This document shows, in pieces, positions 44,712 through 54,413 of a stretch of 64,000 nt of DNA. The position numbers and the translations under genes are program-made. How positions within the stretch are numbered: position 1 is the first letter of the stretch; every line of letters starts with the position of its first letter. The stretch comes from Faecousia sp. (GTDB lineage Bacteria; Bacillota; Clostridia; Oscillospirales; Oscillospiraceae): the NCBI GenBank assembly GCA_045655745.1, contig JAZOPV010000015.1, positions 26,824 through 90,823 of the forward strand. Direction: 5' to 3'. The notes beneath the pieces were generated by a model. It made no database searches. It had not been told where the DNA came from and worked only from the letters and a program-made list of their open reading frames with translations.

Positions 44712-44893
44712 CGTCATTCCGAGGGAGCGAAGCGTGGTGCTGCAGCGCAGCGAATCAGAAACAATCGATTGCCTGCGGCAATCGCACAATGATTCTTCGT
44801 GGGAATCCGTAACTTTTTGCACTGGAAATCGCTAAATTATGCCAAAAGAAACGGATTGCCACAACCAGTCTGCGGACTGGTTTCGCAATAACG
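44712..44893. repeat. Inverted pair of REP-like units (family C)
   Basis: Left GTCATTCCGA...GTGGGAATCCGT; right unit reverse-complemented GTTATTGCGA-AACCAGTC/GACTGGTT-GTGGCAATCCGT; the left unit carries an inserted hairpin CGATTGCC-TGC-GGCAATCG. Confidence 0.75.
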
Positions 44894-45277
44894 TGGTATA
44901 AAGTGTTTTTTGATATGCTCAAAATTCCCCTCTCCGGAGGGGATTTCTTAATATTGCACAAAAGTGGTCAAAAGCCAGCAAAACGCAAACGAAACACAAC
45001 TTTTTGGAAGAAAAATTATTTAGTCAAAAGAGTGCATTTAATGGTTATATAACTATATAAAAAGATTAAATGGTGACTAAAAGGCGTAAAACTTTCCAAA
45101 TCCCGTAGAAATAAACATTTTTACATCAAAACCTTGATTTTTTCGTAAAAATACGTGGAAAAATGGAAAATAGGCAGTAAGCAATTCGATTTTTTATCAT
45201 TGTGTCAATTGACGAAGCCTTATTTTTTTGCTATGATGATGCCACGACCCAATCACATGGCAAAGGAGGTTTGGTCT

Positions 45278-45727
45278 ATGAATTATTGGGCTGCCGGTTT
45301 TTGGCTTTTTCTGATGGTGGTATTCCTGGTGATGGAAGCCAATACCGTATCTGTGGTGTCGCTTTGGTTTGCCGCCGGCGCATTGTTATCTATGGTCGCT
45401 GCAATTTTTGGGGCAGAGCTTTGGCTGCAAATCGTGCTGTTCTTTGGAGTGTCGATTTTGCTGCTGATTTTGCTGGCACCCTTTGTGCGGCGGTATCTTA
45501 GACCCCGAATTGTCCGTACCAATGTGGATGCAGTGGTTGGTGAAAAGGGCTATGTCACTGAGGACATTAACAATCTGCTGCCCTCCGGTCAGGTGAAGCT
45601 GGGTGGGATGTATTGGACTGCCCGCAGCATTGCCGATACCCCCATTGAAAAGGGAACACTGGTGCAGGTGGTGCGGATTGAGGGCGTAAAGGCTTTTGTA
45701 AAACCTGTAGAGGAAGTTAAAATTTAA
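45278..45727 (+). CDS. NfeD-family membrane protein
   Basis: N-terminal TMs, TNVDAVVG..GQVKLGGMYWTARS, V.RIEGVK; RBS AAGGAGG. Confidence 0.92.
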   Translation: MNYWAAGFWLFLMVVFLVMEANTVSVVSLWFAAGALLSMVAAIFGAELWLQIVLFFGVSILLLILLAPFVRRYLRPRIVRTNVDAVVGEKGYVTEDINNLLPSGQVKLGGMYWTARSIADTPIEKGTLVQVVRIEGVKAFVKPVEEVKI

Positions 45728-45739
45728 GGAGGAAAATAT

Positions 45740-46660
45740 ATGTTACCATTCATTATCGGCGTTGTTGTTATTTTGGCTGTGATTATCATCAGCAACATTG
45801 CGGTGGTGCAGCAGTCTAGAGCCTATGTCATTGAGCGACTGGGTGCATTCCAGGCGGTTTGGGGCGTGGGCTTACATTTGAAAATTCCGTTTATTGACCG
45901 CATTGCCCGCCGTGTTTCTCTGAAGGAGCAGGTGCTGGATTATCCCCCTCAGGCTGTGATTACGCAGGATAATGTTACCATGCAGATTGACACTGTGGTG
46001 TATTTCCAAATTACCGACCCCAAGCTGTATACCTACGGTGTGGAGCAGCCCATGATGGCAATGGAAACTCTGACTGCCACCACATTGCGTAACATCATCG
46101 GTGAGCTGGAGCTGGACCAGACCCTGACCAGCCGTGATGTCATCAACACCAAGATGCGTGCTATTTTGGACGAAGCCACCGACCCTTGGGGCATCAAGGT
46201 CAACCGTGTGGAGCTGAAAAACATTCTGCCTCCTGCAGACATTCAGTCCTCCATGGAAAAGCAGATGAAGGCAGAGCGTGACCGCCGTGAGCAGATTTTG
46301 CAGGCAGAGGGTCAGAAGAAGTCTGCGATTTTGATTGCAGAGGGCGAACGGGAGTCCGCTATTTTGAGAGCAGATGCAGAAAAGCAGGCAGCCATTTTGA
46401 AGGCTGAGGCTGAAAAGCAGTCCGCTGTTCTGCGTGCCGCCGGTGAAGCCGAGGCAATCATGGAGGTGCAGAAGGCGCTGGCTGATTCCATGAAGCTGCT
46501 GAATGAGCACGCCCCCAACGACCAAGTGATTAAGCTTAAATCCATCGAAGCCATGCAGAAAATTGCTGATGGCAAGGCTACCAAGATTATCATTCCCTCT
46601 GAAATGCAGGGCTTGGTTGGCATGGCAACGGGTATTGTGGAAGGCGTAAAGGAGAAATAA
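45740..46660 (+). CDS. SPFH/Band 7 (QmcA/stomatin-like) protein
   Basis: VIERLG, VITQDNVTM.ID, TLRNIIGELELDQTLTSRD, KQMKAER. Confidence 0.95.
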   Translation: MLPFIIGVVVILAVIIISNIAVVQQSRAYVIERLGAFQAVWGVGLHLKIPFIDRIARRVSLKEQVLDYPPQAVITQDNVTMQIDTVVYFQITDPKLYTYGVEQPMMAMETLTATTLRNIIGELELDQTLTSRDVINTKMRAILDEATDPWGIKVNRVELKNILPPADIQSSMEKQMKAERDRREQILQAEGQKKSAILIAEGERESAILRADAEKQAAILKAEAEKQSAVLRAAGEAEAIMEVQKALADSMKLLNEHAPNDQVIKLKSIEAMQKIADGKATKIIIPSEMQGLVGMATGIVEGVKEK

Positions 46661-46664
46661 GAAA

Positions 46665-46889
46665 ATGAAAAGGTCTTTGCCGCTGTTTCTGCTTGGCGTG
46701 GTGCTTATGGTGGTCGGTGTGTTGCAGCTGGAAAAACCTTTTTTGGGCGTCATCCTGTTGATTTTGGGCTTGGCAGCCATTATAAGCTCGCTGCTGCTGT
46801 ATTTTCGTCGGATTGGCGCACGACCTGCAAGATTTCTAAATATTTCTTCGAAGCATGTTCCACAGCCAATTGAATATTCGCTACCGTAA
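46665..46889 (+). CDS. Small two-TM hypothetical protein
   Basis: Two hydrophobic helices, co-oriented, 4 nt after the SPFH stop. Confidence 0.55.
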   Translation: MKRSLPLFLLGVVLMVVGVLQLEKPFLGVILLILGLAAIISSLLLYFRRIGARPARFLNISSKHVPQPIEYSLP

Positions 46890-46941
46890 GTGGAAAATGT
46901 TTGGGACACGATTGTGAACACAGAGGAAGGGAAGGAAAGCC

Positions 46942-47145
46942 ATGGCAGAGAAAATTGACCGTTTTGATGTGGTGTCACGGGACCCCAACGGCTTTAACGG
47001 GCCGGAGGTACGGGTCATTGTGGATAAGAAAACCGGTGTCAACTATCTGTTTGCCTGCTCCGGCAATGCCGGAGGGCTGACAGTGCTGCTGAATCGGGAT
47101 GGCTCACCCGTTGTGACGCCTGTTAACAACATCTACGGCGAATAA
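46942..47145 (+). CDS. DUF6440-like small protein
   Basis: DRF..V...VIVDKKTGVNYLF...GGLTVLLNRDG.P; RBS GAAGGA. Confidence 0.75.
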   Translation: MAEKIDRFDVVSRDPNGFNGPEVRVIVDKKTGVNYLFACSGNAGGLTVLLNRDGSPVVTPVNNIYGE

Positions 47146-47153
47146 AATCATAT

Positions 47154-47188
47154 AAACACCGCCTCCGGCTAAGCCGGAGGCGGTGTTT
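47154..47188. terminator. Bidirectional terminator
   Basis: AAACACCGCCTCCGGC-TAA-GCCGGAGGCGGTGTTT. Confidence 0.9.
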
Positions 47189-47194
47189 TGTACA

Positions 47195-48025
47195 TTAGCG
47201 GACATATTCCACGACCACACGGCGGTTGGGTTCTGTGCCGGTGGAATAGGTGGTGATGTTTTCCATATCCTGCAGGGTTGCATGGATGATATGACGCTCG
47301 TAGGCGTTCATGGGCTCCAGCGTGGTGCGGCGGTGTGCCTTGAGCACCTGCTGTGCCTTTTTACGGGCATATTTGCGGAGGCTGTCCTCCCGTTTGGCAC
47401 GGTAGTCCTCGGCATCCACATTGATGCGGATGCGACCCTCCACATCCCGATTGATGGTGTAGTTGCTCAGGTGCTGGATGGCATCCAGTGTATCGCCACG
47501 GCGACCGATGAGATAGCCCAAATCCTCACCCACCAGCTCCACATGGTATGTATTGTCCTCACCCTTGACGGCGTGAGGTACAGCCTTGGAGCCCATGTTT
47601 TCCAGCAGTCCCTTCAGGAACTGCTCGATTTTTTCCTCCACAGAGCCTTCTGCCGCAGGCGGATAGACCTTGGGGGCAACAGGTGCCTTGGGGGCTTCCT
47701 GCTTTTGAGGCTTGGGGGCTTCGGTCTTGGGTGCTTCTGCCTTGGGGGCGGCAGGTGCTTTGGGAGCTTCCGGCTTCTTCACAGCAGCGGCAGGCTTGCT
47801 GCGGGAGGCAGAGCCCAGTGCGCTTTTGGGAGCAGGAGCAGGGGTGTCCGGTGCTTCGTAGGTCACCTGCACCTTGGCAGGGGTAGCGCCAAAGCCCAAA
47901 AATCCGGGCTTTGCCTGCTGCAGCACCTGAACGGAAACGCTGTCCCGGTCCAGACCCAGCTGGGCAAGCGCATTTTCAATGGCAATATCAATGCTTTTAC
48001 CGGTGGTAACAATGGTCTTTTCCAT
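47195..48025 (-). CDS. jag: RNA-binding protein Jag/EloR/KhpB
   Basis: Jag_N (TGKSIDIAI..AL..LG), Ala/Pro/Lys linker, KH (IGRRGDTLDAIQ), R3H (PMNAYERHIIH). Confidence 0.95.
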   Translation of the reverse strand: MEKTIVTTGKSIDIAIENALAQLGLDRDSVSVQVLQQAKPGFLGFGATPAKVQVTYEAPDTPAPAPKSALGSASRSKPAAAVKKPEAPKAPAAPKAEAPKTEAPKPQKQEAPKAPVAPKVYPPAAEGSVEEKIEQFLKGLLENMGSKAVPHAVKGEDNTYHVELVGEDLGYLIGRRGDTLDAIQHLSNYTINRDVEGRIRINVDAEDYRAKREDSLRKYARKKAQQVLKAHRRTTLEPMNAYERHIIHATLQDMENITTYSTGTEPNRRVVVEYVR

Positions 48026-48029
48026 TTTC

Positions 48030-49280
48030 TTATTCCTCCGTAGAATTGTAACGGTTGGGGTCATAGGCACGACCCTTGCAGTTGGGACGCTCAGCAATAC
48101 CGGACAGGGCTTCCTTTTCCTCCGGCTGCGCTTCCTCTACAATGCCCTTCTTGGCGAGGTATTCGCTGGCAGCGGCGGCACGGGCAGCTTCCTGTTCCTC
48201 TTTCTGCTTCTGCTGCAGCTTTTTCTTGCTGGTATTTTGCGTGATGCCGTTAGGGTTGGCAGCTCTCCGCTCTGCACGGATGCGCTCCTTTTCGGCTTCC
48301 AGTGCCTCTTCCTCCAAATGCCGTTTTAGCCGGATAGCGTCCTCGGCATCGTAAATCTTGCGGTAATGCTTGGTGAGGATGGCGTCCTCAATGGTACGGG
48401 CAATACCGCCTACAAACCAATACAGTGACAGACCTGCCGGTACGCCAAAGCCGATAAACAGGCTCATGGCAGGCATCATCAGCATCATTATTTTGCTCTG
48501 CTGGGCAGACTGGGAATTTTTGGCGGTTTCCTTGTCCTCAATACCGTTTTTGTTGGTGATGACAGAATTGTTCATTTTCTGAGAAATGAACATCTGCAGC
48601 ATTTGGCTGGCGGCGGAAATCACAGGAATGAGGAACAGACCGATGTTTGCCCAGTTCCAAATTTCCCAAGTCCAAATTTTCCACTGGGGCATTGCACCTA
48701 GGTTAATGCCCAAGAAATCAAAATGAATACCCTCCAAAACCTGAGGGTCAATGCCGGGGATGATTGCCTGAATTTCGGCAGCATACTGGGGGATGAGAGG
48801 CGCAGCAAAGACCTGCGCATAATATCCGTTGTTGCTAAAGTTGGCAGGGGACAGGTTTTTAATCGTTTCCACAATGAGGGCGGCATTTTCCGCACTTTCG
48901 CCCAACAGATATTCAATGGGCTGGCGGATGACCGTAAACAGAGGGAACAAAATCAGCATGGGCACTAAGCTCCACAGGCAGCCGCCGCAGCCAAGGCTTG
49001 CACCCTCGTCCTGCTGCAGCTTTTGAATGGCTTCGTTTTGCTTTTGCTTATCGTCTGCGTATTTACGCTGGATTTCCTGAATTTTAGGCTGAAGACGGGA
49101 CATCTTCATCATGCTTTTTTTGCTCTTTGCCGTAATGGGCAGCAACACCAGCTGCACGATAATGGCAAAGATAATCATTGCCCAACCGTAGTTGCCCAGC
49201 AAATGATACAGCTGGTTCAGCAACCAGCCGAAGGGCACGGTGACAATGTCAGAAAGTTGAAATGCCAAAAACATGGACAT
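48030..49280 (-). CDS. yidC: Membrane protein insertase YidC
   Basis: LLPIT.KS.KSMMKM..LQPKIQEIQ, PAGLSLYWF; long charged C-terminal tail. Confidence 0.93.
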   Translation of the reverse strand: MSMFLAFQLSDIVTVPFGWLLNQLYHLLGNYGWAMIIFAIIVQLVLLPITAKSKKSMMKMSRLQPKIQEIQRKYADDKQKQNEAIQKLQQDEGASLGCGGCLWSLVPMLILFPLFTVIRQPIEYLLGESAENAALIVETIKNLSPANFSNNGYYAQVFAAPLIPQYAAEIQAIIPGIDPQVLEGIHFDFLGINLGAMPQWKIWTWEIWNWANIGLFLIPVISAASQMLQMFISQKMNNSVITNKNGIEDKETAKNSQSAQQSKIMMLMMPAMSLFIGFGVPAGLSLYWFVGGIARTIEDAILTKHYRKIYDAEDAIRLKRHLEEEALEAEKERIRAERRAANPNGITQNTSKKKLQQKQKEEQEAARAAAASEYLAKKGIVEEAQPEEKEALSGIAERPNCKGRAYDPNRYNSTEE

Positions 49281-49297
49281 ACCTCCTAAATTGGATG

Positions 49298-49510
49298 TCA
49301 CGGAACGGGGTCAAAATAATCTCTTTTCGAGAAGGGGTGGCAGCGCATCAGCCGTTTGAAGGTCAGCCATCCGCCTTTGACAGCACCGTATTTTGTAATT
49401 GCTTGCATTGCATAGCTTGAGCAGGTGGGGCAGTAGCGGCAACGGGGGGGACAGGCAGGTGAAATTTTTCGCTGATAAAATCGAATCATGGAAAGAAGCA
49501 GCCTTTTCAT
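49298..49510 (-). CDS. yidD: Membrane protein insertion efficiency factor YidD
   Basis: [21 protein letters not shown]. Confidence 0.95.
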   Translation of the reverse strand: MKRLLLSMIRFYQRKISPACPPRCRYCPTCSSYAMQAITKYGAVKGGWLTFKRLMRCHPFSKRDYFDPVP

Positions 49511-49851
49511 TGGGTTTCCTCCAAAAGACAGCCTGCTTTTTTTGCCAGCGATAAAAAGGCGGCGGTTAAAGCAGCAAAGTCGGCGGAAATGGCTCGACTT
49601 CTGGCAACCACAACAATGTCCCAGCCGGGCTGGAATTTTTCCTCATTCAGGCGGTAAAGCTCCCGAATACGGCGGCGCACCCGATTGCGCACCACGGCGT
49701 GCCCCAGCTTTTTGCCCACAGTGATGCCGATATGGTTGGCATTTGTGCGGTTGCGGTGGGCGTACAGGACAAGATACCCATTGGCTTGTCCGGCGGTGGC
49801 ATAGAGCCTGCGGAAAATGTGGTTTCGCTTCAGTGACGAAGAAAATTTCAT
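49507..49851 (-). CDS. rnpA: Ribonuclease P protein
   Basis: [32 protein letters not shown]. Confidence 0.95.
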   Translation of the reverse strand: MKFSSSLKRNHIFRRLYATAGQANGYLVLYAHRNRTNANHIGITVGKKLGHAVVRNRVRRRIRELYRLNEEKFQPGWDIVVVARSRAISADFAALTAAFLSLAKKAGCLLEETQ

Positions 49852-49992
49852 AAGCTATCCCTCATTCTATCCGAAATGATAGAAAAACAAAAGAACAAGG
49901 CGTGTTGAGATACGCCCTATAAAAAAGAAGGGGCGGGGCGATGTTCGCCCCGCACAATACCCCTTTTGTTGCTGCTATCCGCAGCACATTGC

Positions 49993-50127
49993 TCAGGCGG
50001 ACAGAACCTTGCGGCCCTTGGCACGGCGGCGGGCGAGAACCTTACGGCCATTGGAAGTAGCCATTCTCTGGCGGAAGCCATGAACCTTGGAACGGTGACG
50101 GCGGCTGGGCTGATAGGTACGCTTCAT
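49993..50127 (-). CDS. rpmH: 50S ribosomal protein L34
   Basis: Not in the ORF track. [44 protein letters not shown]; RBS AAGGAGGTG; TTGACC-17-TATAAT promoter upstream. Confidence 0.98.
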   Translation of the reverse strand: MKRTYQPSRRHRSKVHGFRQRMATSNGRKVLARRRAKGRKVLSA

Positions 50128-50273
50128 TGGATGCACCTCCTTTGTAAGTTCTTATGCTCAACAGTCAAATATGACCGCAGCAAGCCATAGTTTTTGACCA
50201 TACAAGGTCATTCTAAGGTATTATAACCGAAAAATGCAAGCAGGTCAATCTTTTTTTGGAAATTTTCCGTTTT

Positions 50274-51212
50274 TTACAGGGAAAGGGCAGCCTCTTTTGG
50301 CTCTTTTACTCTCCAGAAAAGCCCTTTGGGATAGAAGAAACGGATTTTTTCCTCGGCGATGGACATGGAAGCCACCTGCGCCATCCGCAATTCTCCGTCC
50401 AAATTGATGGGGGTTTCCTTGTCGCAGGAAATGGTGATTGCCTTGGTGCGGAAGTGGCGGACAAACTGGGGCAGCTCCTTGTAGCAACCGGCTTTGTACT
50501 TGCCGATGACGGAGGCAACCTGCAGACGGGATACCTTTTCAATCACCAATACATCCAGCAAGCCGTCAGCCGGGTCTGCCTCCGGTACGGGGTTGAAGCC
50601 ACCGCCGTAAAATCTGCCGTTGCAGACACAAATCAAGGTTTTTTGCCCGTCAATTTTTTCACCGTCAATTTCCACCACATAATGCTCTGCGATGCCCCGT
50701 ATTACATTGATAAGGGTAGAGGCGGCATAGGCACGGAAGCCGGACAGCAGCGGCAGGCGCTTATAATTGCTCACATCCGTGCCGATACGGGCATCCAGTC
50801 CCACAGAGCAGATGTTCAGCGCTAAATCCCCGTTGACCCGAATCATGTCAAAGGTGGCTTCTTCTGCCTCCAGCAGCCGTTCTAATTGGAAGAATGCCTT
50901 GGGCTCGGAAAACAGCTTCACAAAATCATTGCCACTGCCACCGGAAAACACCGTAATGGCGGCATTTTCATAGCCTGCTGCTCCGGCGGCGACCTCGTTG
51001 AGTGTGCCATCACCGCCGCAGGCGTAGATGCGGTATTCCTCTCCGGTTTGGGCGGCTTCCTGTGCCAAGCGGCGGCACTCGCCGGGGGCAGAGGACACTT
51101 CGATTCGGTAGTCCAAGCCCTTGTCATGACAAATGCTATGAATTTCCTCGCAGTAATCGGCGGTGCGGTTGCGGCTGCCAGCCGCAGGATTGATGATGAA
51201 TAGATGTTTCAT
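50274..51212 (-). CDS. Diacylglycerol kinase family lipid kinase (YegS/DgkB-like)
   Basis: IINPAAG, GGDGTLNEV, GSGNDF, NGRFYGGGF, LDGE. Confidence 0.92.
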   Translation of the reverse strand: MKHLFIINPAAGSRNRTADYCEEIHSICHDKGLDYRIEVSSAPGECRRLAQEAAQTGEEYRIYACGGDGTLNEVAAGAAGYENAAITVFSGGSGNDFVKLFSEPKAFFQLERLLEAEEATFDMIRVNGDLALNICSVGLDARIGTDVSNYKRLPLLSGFRAYAASTLINVIRGIAEHYVVEIDGEKIDGQKTLICVCNGRFYGGGFNPVPEADPADGLLDVLVIEKVSRLQVASVIGKYKAGCYKELPQFVRHFRTKAITISCDKETPINLDGELRMAQVASMSIAEEKIRFFYPKGLFWRVKEPKEAALSL

Positions 51213-51262
51213 ACATTTTGCCTCTTTTATGTTTTATAATGGGGGCTTTGCGGAAAGTGCCC

Positions 51263-52402
51263 TTATTTTTTCTTATCCTTTCGCTGAGGCTGGGTATACA
51301 TATAATAATCGCATTTAATCATGCCGTTGTAGAGCTTGCGCTTTTTGTCTGCACGGTGTCCGAAATAATGCTCAAATTCCGGCTCGGAGGTGATGATAAA
51401 CTTTTTCCAGCCGTCTGCAAATTTCAAATGCCGTCCCAGTGCGGCGTAAAGCCCCTGGGCGCTTTGCTGCTCCATCATCCGCTGCCCGTAAGGGGGATTG
51501 CAGATGAGAATGCCCTCATGGCTGGGCAGGCTCATTTTGGTGGCATCGCCGTCACGGAAGTCAATCAGCTTGTCTACCCCTGCCTTTTTGGCATTGCTCA
51601 TGGCAAGGCTTACGCACTTGGGGTCGTTGTCAGAACCTAAAATTCGATAATTGCCATTAAATTCTTTGTCCATGGCTTCGCTCCGTGCCTGCCGCCAAAC
51701 CTCGGGATTGCTCCAATCATAATGCTCCGCCGCAAAGCGCCGTTGCAGACCGGGGGCACGATTTTTGGCAATCATGGCAGCCTCAATGGGAATGGTGCCG
51801 CTGCCGCAGAAGGGGTCCCAAACAAATTCCCGTCCCCGATATTTGGTCAGCATTACCATGGCGGCAGCCAAGGTTTCTCGTAGAGGTGCTTCGTTGCCGA
51901 TGGCACGATAGCCACGCTTGTGCATACCGGCTCCGCTGGTGTCCAAGTATAAGGTCACTTGATTTTTGAGAATCAAAAACTGCAGCTGATACTTAACACC
52001 CGTTTCCGGCAGCCAAGCAAGGCCGTATTTTTCGCCCAGCCGTTTGGAGGCGGCTTTTTTGACGATGGCTTGACAGTCGGATTCGCTCATCAACTGGCTG
52101 TCCAAGCACTTGCCCTTCACGGGGAATTGACCATCCTTGGGGATGTAATCCTCCAAATTAGCATGGTACACACCTTGGAACAGTTCTTCAAAGGTCTTGG
52201 CCCCAAATTGTGCCAGCACAAAGTGAATGCGTTCGGTGGTACGCAGGTTGATGCTGGCACGAGCCAAGGTGGACTCGTCACCGGTGAATAGCACACGGCG
52301 GTCTTCCACCTTCACATCTTCAATGTCTAGACGACGCAATTCGTCACCGGCAATGCCCTCCAAACCAAAGAGGCAGGGGGCGGCAAACAAAAATTTCGGC
52401 AT
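51263..52402 (-). CDS. THUMP-domain class I SAM RNA methyltransferase (RlmL/YpsC-like)
   Basis: LHKRGYR-like MHKRGYR, APLRETLAAA, DPFCGSGTI, NPPYG. Confidence 0.92.
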   Translation of the reverse strand: MPKFLFAAPCLFGLEGIAGDELRRLDIEDVKVEDRRVLFTGDESTLARASINLRTTERIHFVLAQFGAKTFEELFQGVYHANLEDYIPKDGQFPVKGKCLDSQLMSESDCQAIVKKAASKRLGEKYGLAWLPETGVKYQLQFLILKNQVTLYLDTSGAGMHKRGYRAIGNEAPLRETLAAAMVMLTKYRGREFVWDPFCGSGTIPIEAAMIAKNRAPGLQRRFAAEHYDWSNPEVWRQARSEAMDKEFNGNYRILGSDNDPKCVSLAMSNAKKAGVDKLIDFRDGDATKMSLPSHEGILICNPPYGQRMMEQQSAQGLYAALGRHLKFADGWKKFIITSEPEFEHYFGHRADKKRKLYNGMIKCDYYMYTQPQRKDKKK

Positions 52403-52426
52403 AATTCCTCCCAAAATAGCCTTCCG

Positions 52427-52972
52427 TTACGGAATGATTTTCTTGGCTTTGATGTATCGCTCCTCCTCGGAGAAGACACAGCCGCAGTATTTTTGCATAT
52501 AAAAGTCATGCTCTCGTGCAAATTCCTGCCCTGCCTTAAAATAGGGGCGGAAATCCCTGTATAAAAACTGCACTCCAAATTCATGGGCAGCTCGTTGGGC
52601 GGTTTCTCGCATCAGCTCGTGATTTTGATAAGGGCTAATGAACAGGGAAGATGTAAAGCTGTCAAAGCCACCCTCTGCGGCGGCTTTTGCTGCCTCAAAA
52701 AAGCGGATTTTATAGCATTTTCCGCATCGATGGCTCAAATCCTCTGCCACTGCTCGCACAAAGGGACGCAGGGCGTAGTCGTTTTTCTCCAGCACCGGCA
52801 GTTCGATTTTTGCAGCGTAATCCCGCAGGCAGTCCCGTCTTGCCCGATATTCGGTGTAGGGGTGGATGTTGGGGTTGAACCAAAAGCCGGTTACCTCCAG
52901 CCCATCACCTCGCAGCACCTCAATGGGTTGATTGGCGCAGGGAGCGCAGCAGATGTGTAGTAAAGTTTTCAT
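52427..52972 (-). CDS. queH: Epoxyqueuosine reductase QueH
   Basis: LLHICCAPC, NPNIHP..EY, RCGKC, Q.YCGC. Confidence 0.92.
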   Translation of the reverse strand: MKTLLHICCAPCANQPIEVLRGDGLEVTGFWFNPNIHPYTEYRARRDCLRDYAAKIELPVLEKNDYALRPFVRAVAEDLSHRCGKCYKIRFFEAAKAAAEGGFDSFTSSLFISPYQNHELMRETAQRAAHEFGVQFLYRDFRPYFKAGQEFAREHDFYMQKYCGCVFSEEERYIKAKKIIP

Positions 52973-52981
52973 AGATACCTC

Positions 52982-54265
52982 TTATAAAGTGCCCAGCAAG
53001 CCGTCCTTGTGCAGGGCGGTGGCGGTGACGGTCAGGATGCGGTTGTGCAAGTCCTGCCCCTTGGCATATATTTTTACATAGTTGGGGGCGTGTCCGGTAA
53101 AATATTCTCCCTCTGCCTCCTCAAACAGCACCGATAGCTGCGTGCCAATGAGAGATTGCAGATAGTCCTTTTTCATTTCCTCTGCCACGGCAATGGCAGC
53201 CCTGCTTCGTGCTTCCTTGGTGGCGTTATTGTGCTGACCCTCCATCTTGTCTGCCGGTGTGCCGGGACGGCGGGAGTAGGGGAAAATGTGCATATCTGCA
53301 AAGCCACATTTGCGGATAAAGCTGAGGCTTTCTTGGAATTCCTCCTCTGTTTCGCCGGGGAAGGCGACAATCATGTCGGTGGTGATGGCGCAGCCGGGGA
53401 AGGCTTCTTTTAGTAGCATAACACTTTCAAGGTATCGGCCAGTGTCGTATTTTCGCTTCATTCGGGCAAGAACACTGTCACAGCCGGATTGCATGGACAG
53501 ATGAAATTGAGGGCAGAGGTTGGGAAGCCTCTTCAAAACCGCACAAAATTCCTCTGTAATAATTCTCGGCTCTAAAGAGCCAAGGCGAATTCGCATTTGA
53601 GGAACAGCCTGACACAGTGCCGTCAGTAGAACGGAAAGCCCCGGCTTTTCCGGCAAATCCACGCCCCAAGAGGCAATTTCAATGCCGGTGACCACAATTT
53701 CCCGATAGCCACGGCGCTGTAAATCTTGTGCCTGCTCCACCGCCAGCGCCACCGGCGCAGAGCGAATGGGACCACGGGTGTAGGGAATGATACAGTAGGA
53801 GCAGAAATTCACGCATCCGTCCTGCACCTTCAGCATGGCTCTCGTCCGTTCCTCCAAGCCGCCTGCCGGCAGAATTTCAAATTCCTTGCGCCGTAGGGCG
53901 TTATCCACCTGCACCTGCTTTTGACGGGTTTCGGTGGCGACTAACAGCATTTCCAAAAAGCCCAGTCGGTCTGCGCTGCCGCCTACAATGTCCACCCCCA
54001 AGGCGTCCAAGGCTTCGGGAGCGTGCTGACTGTAACAGCCGCAGACGGCGATGATGGCGTTTTCATGCTCTCGCCGACACCGCCTGATAATCGCCCGATT
54101 TTTCTTATCCGCCACAGCGGTGACAGAGCAGGTGTTGATGATGTAGCCGTCACAGCTTTCCTCAAAAGAGCCAATGCTGTGACCCTTGGACAGCAGTATC
54201 TGCTCCATGGCTTGGGTTTCATATTGATTTGTTTTGCACCCGAGGGTGTAGAACGCAAATTTCAT
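52982..54265 (-). CDS. mtaB: tRNA t6A methylthiotransferase MtaB
   Basis: TLGCKTNQYE, NTCSVT, GC; radical SAM C..FCSYC; GFPGET-like AFPGET. Confidence 0.9.
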   Translation of the reverse strand: MKFAFYTLGCKTNQYETQAMEQILLSKGHSIGSFEESCDGYIINTCSVTAVADKKNRAIIRRCRREHENAIIAVCGCYSQHAPEALDALGVDIVGGSADRLGFLEMLLVATETRQKQVQVDNALRRKEFEILPAGGLEERTRAMLKVQDGCVNFCSYCIIPYTRGPIRSAPVALAVEQAQDLQRRGYREIVVTGIEIASWGVDLPEKPGLSVLLTALCQAVPQMRIRLGSLEPRIITEEFCAVLKRLPNLCPQFHLSMQSGCDSVLARMKRKYDTGRYLESVMLLKEAFPGCAITTDMIVAFPGETEEEFQESLSFIRKCGFADMHIFPYSRRPGTPADKMEGQHNNATKEARSRAAIAVAEEMKKDYLQSLIGTQLSVLFEEAEGEYFTGHAPNYVKIYAKGQDLHNRILTVTATALHKDGLLGTL

Positions 54266-54413
54266 ATTTTTCACCAGTTTTCATAGCTTGACAATTTATT
54301 ATACATGAAAAAATCCGGTTTGTATAGCCTATTTGAACATTTGCCCTCGTAATTGACAACCATGGGGGAACATGGTAAAATAGGCTTAAATTTTTTGGGA
54401 AAGGGCGTAGAAT

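Noticed and set aside
45015-45090. Nested inverted repeats upstream of nfeD (TTTAGTCA/TGACTAAA, CATTTAAT/ATTAAATG)
   Set aside because: Short AT-rich arms with unequal spacing, plausible by chance.
47690-47850. Repetitive GGGGC/GCTTC-rich DNA in jag and similar repeats at 32750-32840
   Set aside because: Explained by low-complexity Ala/Pro/Lys and Pro/Thr protein linkers.
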